64,000 nt of DNA from Candidatus Saccharimonadia bacterium (lineage in GTDB: Bacteria; Patescibacteriota; Saccharimonadia; Saccharimonadales; 2-12-FULL-41-12). Both the position numbers and the translations under genes were made by a program. The stretch spans positions 651,599 through 715,598 of the forward strand of contig OY970327.1 of the NCBI GenBank assembly GCA_963717365.1. Reading direction: 5' to 3'. This document shows, piece by piece, positions 8,901 to 14,900 of this stretch; position 1 is the stretch's first letter; each line of letters begins with the position of its first letter. The notes beneath the pieces are model-generated. The model worked only from the letters and a program-made list of their open reading frames with translations. It searched no databases and had not been told where the DNA came from.

Positions 8901-10862
8901 TTCAGAGATGGTAATGCTGCCGCAGCTGCCGCCGCTGCCAAGGGTAATGACCGTGCCGCCGCCGGTGAGGTCGCCGGAGCCGGCGGCGCAGGTAAGCTGG
9001 GTATTGCCCTGGACTGCCGTGTTGGCGGCCGAGCCGTAGGTAACGCTAAGTCCCGGAGTACTGCCCTCGCCGGAGTTGGTACCGGTAATGGAAAGGCCAA
9101 CCATTGTTCCCAGGTTCTGGACGTAGTCGCCGACCGTTTCGGCGCCCAGGTCAACGGCGTTGTTCTGGACGTCGTTGACGCTTAGTCCGGCCGTGAACGA
9201 GCCGGAGACGTCGCCGGCGGCCGGGCTTTCGCCGACGTTGACGTAGGCGGCGTCGAGTCCGCCGGCGGCGCCGAAGTTAGCCGTTGTCAGCACCGTTCCG
9301 CTAGCACCGTCGAAGGTGTAGGTGGCGGCTGCGCCGCTCGGAGTATTCATGACTATGGTAGCGTCGTTGGTGCCCTTTTCGAAGAACAGCTGGCCGTTCT
9401 CCAGGATACGCAGCTTTTCGCTGCCGGCCGTCGAGAAGACGATGTCGTCGGCGCCGGCCGAGGCGGCGGCTTGCAGCGCCAATAGCCCGCCGGCGTTCTT
9501 AAACAGCGGGCTGGTAACGCTGGTATCAAAGACCGGTGCTTCAGAGATGGTAATGCTGCCGCAGCTGCCGCCGCTGCCAAGGGTAATGACCGTGCCGCCG
9601 CCGGTGAGGTCGCCGGAGCCGGCGGCGCAGGTAAGCTGGGTATTGCCCTGGACTGCCGTGTTGGCGGCCGAGCCGTAGGTAACGCTAAGTCCCGGAGTAC
9701 TGCCCTCGCCGGAGTTGGTACCGGTAATGGAAAGGCCAACCATTGTTCCCAGGTTCTGGACGTAGTCGCCGACCGTTTCGGCGCCCAGGTCAACGGCGTT
9801 GTTCTGGACGTCGTTGACGCTTAGTCCGGCCGTGAACGAGCCGGAGACGTCGCCGGCGGCCGGGCTTTCGCCGACGTTGACGTAGGCGGCGTCAAGAGTA
9901 GATGCATAGTTACTGAGAGTCAGAACACCGTTGCCAAGCCTGATGCGGCTGACGCCGCTGCCCTCGTTGGTTACGATAAATTCACTGTCAGAGCCGGTAG
10001 GCGGCCCAAATTCTATTATGTCTGCCGCTATTGTGGGTGAGCCGTCACTTTCCCGCACCCCGATTGAGGAGCCGCTGCTTGACGTACATTGCCACTCTTT
10101 AGCAGTTGCGTTCCATTTGAGTGATTGCCCGTCGCTGCAGCCCCCCAGCAAACGCAGACCATCGGCACTAATCTCCAGGCCAGAATTGTTGCTTGTCGTA
10201 GCAGTGGTGTTTGTTGTGCTCACATCCACGCAATCCGGTGAGCCTTGGATACAAAGCGTACCATCTTGATCGGGCAAATTGATATTACGGTCTGCCGTTA
10301 AAGCTAAGAAGTCTAAAATACCGGTATTGGCACCGGTGGTTTTGTTTAGAATTTCCGATTGTTTGGCCTGAAAGGCATAAGGCACAGCCGTCAGCTTTAT
10401 CCGCGGCGTCATTTCGCCGTCCCAAACCGGGGTACCGCTGCCCCCAATATTCATCGTCAGCCAGTGGTCCTGATCCCAATCTATTGTCGGTGGAAAACCG
10501 CTTACGTCGCCCAAATTAGCTGATAGGTAACCATTGACTACCCTAACCTTGCTTCCCCCTGTCCTAGTCTCCGTCCATTCGCTTGTTCCGCCGGTACTAG
10601 CGGAGTAGAGGTTAAATTCAATATTGTAGAAGCCGTCCGGTACGACGTTGCCGGCATTGGAAAGCAGGCGCGCCTGGAAGTTGAGATTGCTGGAAGTAGC
10701 CGCATACACGGGGGCAGGCGCGCCCATGCGCGTATATGAAATAACAGCAACAGAGGTCAGAATTACAAAATATACAAAAACACGCAGCAACCGCGTGACA
10801 GGGGAAATTCTAGAACTGAATGCCGATTTGCTAAATCGACACGGATATATCCGTTTTAACAT
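2952..10862 (-). CDS. Giant surface fibre protein G1 (2636 aa): signal/anchor, conserved N-domain, 213-aa tandem repeats, S74-like chaperone domain, C-terminal module
   Basis: Uninterrupted 7.9-kb ORF starting at ATG 10862. The N-terminal hydrophobic segment VFVYFVILTSVAVISY is followed by APAPVYA|ATSS. The ectodomain is rich in T/G/A/N/S/V. It has 6.6 copies of a 213-aa unit. SDARVKKD...GVIAQELEQIFPELV sits near the C-terminus. Confidence 0.85.
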   Translation of the reverse strand: MLKRIYPCRFSKSAFSSRISPVTRLLRVFVYFVILTSVAVISYTRMGAPAPVYAATSSNLNFQARLLSNAGNVVPDGFYNIEFNLYSASTGGTSEWTETRTGGSKVRVVNGYLSANLGDVSGFPPTIDWDQDHWLTMNIGGSGTPVWDGEMTPRIKLTAVPYAFQAKQSEILNKTTGANTGILDFLALTADRNINLPDQDGTLCIQGSPDCVDVSTTNTTATTSNNSGLEISADGLRLLGGCSDGQSLKWNATAKEWQCTSSSGSSIGVRESDGSPTIAADIIEFGPPTGSDSEFIVTNEGSGVSRIRLGNGVLTLSNYASTLDAAYVNVGESPAAGDVSGSFTAGLSVNDVQNNAVDLGAETVGDYVQNLGTMVGLSITGTNSGEGSTPGLSVTYGSAANTAVQGNTQLTCAAGSGDLTGGGTVITLGSGGSCGSITISEAPVFDTSVTSPLFKNAGGLLALQAAASAGADDIVFSTAGSEKLRILENGQLFFEKGTNDATIVMNTPSGAAATYTFDGASGTVLTTANFGAAGGLDAAYVNVGESPAAGDVSGSFTAGLSVNDVQNNAVDLGAETVGDYVQNLGTMVGLSITGTNSGEGSTPGLSVTYGSAANTAVQGNTQLTCAAGSGDLTGGGTVITLGSGGSCGSITISEAPVFDTSVTSPLFKNAGGLLALQAAASAGADDIVFSTAGSEKLRILENGQLFFEKGTNDATIVMNTPSGAAATYTFDGASGTVLTTANFGAAGGLDAAYVNVGESPAAGDVSGSFTAGLSVNDVQNNAVDLGAETVGDYVQNLGTMVGLSITGTNSGEGSTPGLSVTYGSAANTAVQGNTQLTCAAGSGDLTGGGTVITLGSGGSCGSITISEAPVFDTSVTSPLFKNAGGLLALQAAASAGADDIVFSTAGSEKLRILENGQLFFEKGTNDATIVMNTPSGAAATYTFDGASGTVLTTANFGAAGGLDAAYVNVGESPAAGDVSGSFTAGLSVNDVQNNAVDLGAETVGDYVQNLGTMVGLSITGTNSGEGSTPGLSVTYGAAANTAVQGNTQLTCAAGSGDLTGGGTVITLGSGGSCGSITISEAPVFDTSVTSPLFKNAGGLLDLQAAASAGADDIVFSTAGSEKLRILENGQLFFEKGTNDATIVMNTPSGAAATYTFDGASGTVLTTANFGAAGGLDAAYVNVGESPAAGDVSGSFTAGLSVNDVQNNAVDLGAETVGDYVQNLGTMVGLSITGTNSGEGSTPGLSVTYGAAANTAVQGNTQLTCAAGSGDLTGGGTVITLGSGGSCGSITISEAPVFDTSVTSPLFKNAGGLLDLQAAASAGADDIVFSTAGSEKLRILENGQLFFEKGTNDATIVMNTPSGAAATYTFDGASGTVLTTANFGAAGGLDAAYVNVGESPAAGDVSGSFTAGLSVNDVQNNAVDLGAETVGDYVQNLGTMVGLSITGTNSGEGSTPGLSVTYGAAANTAVQGNTQLTCAAGSGDLTGGGTVITLGSGGSCGSITISEAPVFDTSVTSPLFKNAGGLLDLQAAASAGADDIVFSTAGSEKLRILENGQLFFEKGTNDATIVMNTPSGAAATYTFDGASGTVLTTANFGAAGGLDAAYVNVGESPAAGDVSGSFTAGLSVNDVQNNAVDLGAETVGDYVQNLGTMVGLSITGTNSGEGSTPGLSVTYGAAANTAVQGNTQLTCAAGSGDLTGGGTVITLGSGGSCGSITISEAPVFDTSVTTPLVTNAGALTLSTTGANNLTISSGSGLVNLGASTIATTSGLTFNMANASDTAFTINNSGAGLANLNVEGQGTFGTGLVVTSGSASITGNSTINGTFGTYTTGYNLMGTDATLNAYGYFRSVSTSDTVSRFEIGAYDIFGSGGGRDLVLNPLGGNVGVGGDLTPDGLFSVGSTSQFQVNASGLVSSNGVTAGSGLIQGTGGLTITGAFSIDGAIFDPTGNLVLNDITDIGSAATGLQVAIDGSLLDIDGSLVLNDQVLLGSSTTGLQITTAGAITDLDGTAVQFGESVAINGNLLVQQTATGAAIMIDRTDGVIASLKSGLAKSGFFFDNAGSFSISTDTRGNISTGTGSGTDIITALANGSVGIGTSAPDSRLHITGGGLCIETSDSGCASSSGTAIIGSGLTILAGGANITGGIDNNSGNITETGSITGVGANITGTTGLTLASGGSGDLTLDSASNKIVISDTDSTLQRNAAGTTTIDLNNAATTTLTLDNLGAGIANLNVASGVYQQAGLSGVTVAACTAGQYIGNGVRISGGITTAGTCRNDATGISDARVKKDVTSVGSVLDKLNSVNVVSFNFKVEEMPELNLDHGLQYGVIAQELEQIFPELVKQREDGYKEVNFQGLSFYNLKAVGEIAKHLNSQGNASLNAVSANTLTVNGDITAGTIRADRIEGLEYNGRFESLEARVNNLEQQPASQGNTQQIDLENLSIGNLTANGNAIINGETNVQKLTVNLDLIVQGAVEINGPATFKEMARFQKDVQFDGQINVLGYANVQGLTVNLNLIVQGALEVKGPATFKEMVRFEKDAQFDGNVAVKGQITLNSDTAGTAVVKAGETSVKVKFSKPKTTKPVISLTLGDGKFAQYSYKNVTEEEFEIILASPALEDMALSWIALSADPPPPAPVASH
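3745..4040 (-). other. Peptidase S74-like intramolecular chaperone / autoproteolysis domain of G1
   Basis: Sequence GISDARVKKDVTSVGSVLDKLNSVNVVSFNFKVEE...LQYGVIAQELEQIFPELVKQREDGYKEVNFQGLSFYNLKAVGEIAKHL. The Ser-Asp codons are at complement 4020-4025, with Lys at +5. This pattern matches the endosialidase / tail-spike C-terminal chaperone family. Confidence 0.65.
5679..9892 (-). repeat. 639-bp (213-aa) in-frame tandem repeat, about 6.6 copies, in two subfamilies of identical copies
   Basis: Antisense shadow ORFs recur at 6127, 6766, 7405, 8044, 8683 and 9322, a period of 639. The three copies spanning 8044-9892 are identical to each other. The copies spanning 5679-8043 are also identical to each other. 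The two sets differ at about 7 nt per unit, for example gcagcgcc vs gcagatcc (LLALQ vs LLDLQ) and YGSAAN vs YGAAAN. Confidence 0.9.
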
Positions 10863-10927
10863 GTGTTTTTGTTTGTTTTTGGTTTTTGTTTTTGTTTTTA
10901 CTATATATTTAGTAAATAACTAGTCAC

Positions 10928-10975
10928 AGTATGACTCTTTTCAAACAGGGGTGCAATAGTAATCGAGTACAAAAT
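10928..10975 (-). promoter_or_regulatory. Promoter-like block upstream of G1 (-10 CATACT, -35 TTGCAC, upstream ATTTTGTACTC element)
   Basis: The minus strand reads ATTTTGTACTCgattactaTTGCAC-N17-CATACT, with -10 at complement 10928-10933 and -35 at complement 10951-10956. The whole block is about 85% identical to 44911..44959 upstream of G3. It is followed by a leader of about 60 nt, AAAAACAAAAACAAAAACCAAAAACAAACAAAAACAC-ATG, with no Shine-Dalgarno. Confidence 0.45.
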
Positions 10976-11129
10976 ATATGCAGGTATTGTATGGAAATTC
11001 CGCTTTGCACATAAATAAAATGACGTATTTATAGCAACAATATTTTCCATATTTATCTGTTAACTAGCAGTATTGAACACATTTAATACTATAGACACTG
11101 CTGGAACTTTAATTTAATTGCAACAATAC

Positions 11130-11138
11130 TTATCCACA
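11130..11138 (+). promoter_or_regulatory. Perfect DnaA-box 9-mer TTATCCACA (followed by G) in the G2-operon/G1 intergenic region
   Basis: Read directly as ctTATCCACAgccggg with the preceding t, at 11130-11138. It lies 19 nt downstream of the stop of 11157..11843 and about 270 nt upstream of the G1 ATG. TTGAACACA lies at 11073-11081. Confidence 0.4.
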
Positions 11139-11156
11139 GCCGGGAAAAGATTTTTA

Positions 11157-11843
11157 TTATCGAGCTGGTCTGGCTGGCATCGCGTTTGTGGCAGGTTCGG
11201 TACTAGATGTACCAGGGTTCAGGTTAACCCCATCGACAATAGCAATAAGTTTTTTAGTTAATGGCCGGTATAAAACAGCCTTTCCTGTTTTATCGGGGTT
11301 AAGATAGAACAGGACAACATCATCTTTTTGGGCATTCTTGAATAATACCGGACTCTTCTCGGCAAGCTTTGCCGGGTCGGTGACGGCTACTAACGAGGGT
11401 GTCTGGTCGGCCGGGACATCAGTATAGGAGCGTATTTCCTCGTGGTACTTAACCGCTTCGGCCTCGGCATCTGCTGTGGCGGCTTGCGATGCTTTTGGAT
11501 CAGCAGCAGTATTTGAGCCATCGTCATCGCGGCTTACTAACAGTATAACGGCTATAAAGGCTGCCAGCAGGAGCAACCCGGCTATAACCAGCATCTTAGG
11601 TGATACCACGATACCGGGCGCTGGCGGAGGGGATAGTGGCGCCTGTCTTGGTAAAAACAGAGGCGGATGAGACGTTTCGGCAGGTTTCCCGGGAGGCTTG
11701 GTTTCTTCTGCCGATTCTTCCGGGGTGTCATCTAAGGAGGGCTGGGTCTCAATTGGTTTTGCCTCATCTGTAATGGCGGCGTCTGATGACACTGGCTCTG
11801 TTGGCTCCTCGGCTTTTGGAACTTTTACACGCACGCGCGCCAC
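11157..11843 (-). CDS. Single-pass membrane protein, partner of giant gene G2 (paralog of 2319..2861)
   Basis: 228 aa with a GTG start preceded by GGAGAGGAG. It has an acidic/Pro-rich N-terminus, a TM helix (MLVIAGLLLLAAFIAVILLV), and a C-terminal domain shared with the 180-aa protein (KAVLYRP.TKK.I motif). Confidence 0.6.
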   Translation of the reverse strand: MARVRVKVPKAEEPTEPVSSDAAITDEAKPIETQPSLDDTPEESAEETKPPGKPAETSHPPLFLPRQAPLSPPPAPGIVVSPKMLVIAGLLLLAAFIAVILLVSRDDDGSNTAADPKASQAATADAEAEAVKYHEEIRSYTDVPADQTPSLVAVTDPAKLAEKSPVLFKNAQKDDVVLFYLNPDKTGKAVLYRPLTKKLIAIVDGVNLNPGTSSTEPATNAMPARPAR

Positions 11844-11917
11844 GATGGGATCTCCTCTCCCTGCTGATAATGCTAAAGCTATTGTAACGACTTATTCCCC
11901 TGTCAGCAAGGCTTGGT

Positions 11918-14900
11918 TTACTGTTGGATAAAGGTATTTGGATTTGTAACGCTGAGGGCGGTCCATGAGAACTGGACGTTCTCTGTGGCCGGCTGGCTGA
12001 GCATAATATCAAATCCGGTTGACGTTACGTTGCGGTAGGCATACTGGGCAAAGCCGCCCTCACCGAGAGTAAGGGAGATAACCGGCTGCTGGCTGAATGG
12101 CTTTGTGAAGCTGACATGGACACTCTGCTGCCCGGCATTGATTGCCGCGTAGCCGCCGGTGTTGCTATTGAACCTGGCCTCGCCGTTAAAGCTGGTAAGG
12201 CCGTTGAGCTGCACGTCGCCATTAAAAGTTGCCAGCTGCTCAAACAGGGCCGTACCCTGGAAAGTTGAGCTGCCCTTCACTACCAATGCGCCTTCGGTAA
12301 ACATATCTAGGGTTATATTCAGGTTGCCAACTGTCAGGTTTTCCAGGTCAATTTGCTGGCTTGGACCGGTGTTGCTTGCCTGACTTTGCTCAAGACTATT
12401 TACCCGGGTTTCCAGAGCTGATAACTTAACGTCCAAGCCGTCTATCTGCTCAAATTGTTCCATACTGATATCGCCGACTTTTTGGTTAAGCTCAATTAGG
12501 CCTTTTAAGGTGTATATATTAAGGGCGTCGTATTTTACCCGGAAATAGCCGTCTTGGCCCTGAGCAACTAGTTCAGGAAAGATCTCAGCTATCTCCTGGG
12601 CAATAACACCAGTGCCGCGGTCGCAGCTTAAATCAAGAACCGTATAGTCGGGATCGTCACATTTAAACTCAAACGTAACAGTATTAATGCTCTGGAGTTT
12701 ATCTAAAATTCCATCTTCAATGCTGGCGACATTTTCTTTCAGGCGGGCGTCAGAAAGTCCGGCATCATCAGCTTCGCAGGTACCAGCTGTAATGATACCG
12801 CCTGTTGAGGTGGCGTTACCCATAAATTGGTTAGCGGCACAATCCAGAGTGATGCCATTTACGCCATCATTCTGATATACGCCCGTCCCTGTTACATTAA
12901 AGTTGCCACTGGTAGATATGGTACTGCTGGCAGCTATGGTGGTAGCGCCGGAAACAGCGCCGGCGCTGGTTATACCACCGGCATTATTGTTTATGCCGCC
13001 GGTTATATTTGCCCCCCCGCCGGTAACTGTCAGTCCGGTAATGTTCTGCAAGGCACCGGCGTTAGTTAATCGTGTCACTCCGGCAGTTTGAAGGCTACCT
13101 TCGCTGATATTAAAGTTAGCAACTCCCAAGCCGCTGTTGGTTAGTATAAAAGTAGTAGTTAACAGATCATTCAGATCGGTTGTGAAAGAACCGGCCCCAG
13201 TCCTTTGGACTGAAGTATCAGAACTATCAATAACGAGAGTGTTACTGGCACTGTTTAACGTAAGGTTTGCGCTGCCTCCTGAGCTAACCGTCAGTGCGCC
13301 AGTTCCGGTAATACTCGCGATATTCTGCAAAGCACCGGTACTGGTTAGCCGTACGGTACCATTAGTGGCGACCGAGTTAAAGTTTATATTGCCGTCTCCG
13401 TCCAACAGGTCTGCCATTTCTGTTGTGGCGGAAAGTCCATAGAATAAGAGGGACTGGTTTCTTACTTGTAAAAATCCGTTGGCACCCGTAGAAACTAGTT
13501 CTGGAAATATTAACGCAAGCTGCTGGGCTATTACTCCCGTGCGATCATCGCAGGTTAAATCAAGAGCTGCGTACAACACGTCCAGGCAAAGATAGTTGTA
13601 ATCAACAACGTTTACATTCTTTATCTGGCTGAGCATGTTTGTTTTGGACACCACATTTGTTTTAAGGGTGCCGTCTGAAATACCGGTGTCATCAGGTTCG
13701 CAGGTTCCTGCCGTGATTATACCGCCGCTGACGGTTTGGTTGCCCAGGAATTCATTAGCTGCACAGTCTGGACTGATACCGTTTACTCCATCATTTTGAT
13801 AAACGCCAGTACCCGTTACATTGAAGTTTCCACTGGTAGAGATGGTATTGTTGGCAGCAATAGTAGTAGCGCCGGCAATTGCGCCCGTATTAGTGATACC
13901 GCCGGTGTTATTGTTAATACCGCCGCTGATACTGGCACCGCCGCTAGCGACTGTCAGCCCCGTAATACCGGTAAGGGTCCCTGTTATAGTACTATTCCCT
14001 GTTACAGTTATGCCGCCAGCTGTGACTGCCAAGCTGCCACCGAATGAGCCTCCGCCTTCGACGCTTAAACTAGCGGTTTGTGTTCCGTCGGAATTTGTAA
14101 CAGATAAGGTAGTGTTGGCACCGGCGTTTAGCAAATCGATAATTGTAGTACCGGCAGCACTGCGCCGCAAAGTGCCTGAACCGATATTAACCACGCCGTT
14201 GCCACTCGTTAAAGTAAGTGCCCCTGTACCTTGGGTTTGTACGAGTAGGTTTTGGTTATTGGCAGCTTGGATAGTTGTTGCGCCGGCTCCGGCGAAAGTC
14301 AGCGCGGTACCGGTAAATGTATTGGTGTTTATAGTACCGCCAACCGTTATATTATTTGTTACGTTAATCGCTACCCCGGCTGCTGAAAAAGTATTGGCTA
14401 AAGTAAAGTTATTTGCCTGGTTTTCATATGCTATGTTGGTGAGCGTTCCGGCAGTATTAATATCCACGCCGTTAAGCTGGAAGGCACCGGCAGTAGTATT
14501 AATGTTGCCTGACGCGGTAACACTAGTAAAACTTGGCGTAGCCGACAATGAAACGTTGCCACAAGTGCCGCCAGTCCCCAGGGTTATGGTATTGCCACCG
14601 CCGCTTAGGTTGCCAGTTCCAGATGCACAAGTGATCTGGGTATTGCCTTCTACCGCCGTGCCTGCACCGGAACCGTACTGAACATTTAGAGTAGCGGTAC
14701 CGCCGGCTCCTAGGGTAAGTGTTCCGCCGCCGCCAAGGCCTGTGCCAGCAGCTACAGTAACTGCTGTATTGCCCTGGACAGCGGTGTTGGCGGCTGAGCC
14801 GTAGAGCACGCTGATGGTTGGAGTACTGCCTTCGCCGGTGTTGCCGGTGGTAGATAGGCCGGTTAGGGTGCCGAGGGTGGCTATGTAGTTGCCTACAGTG

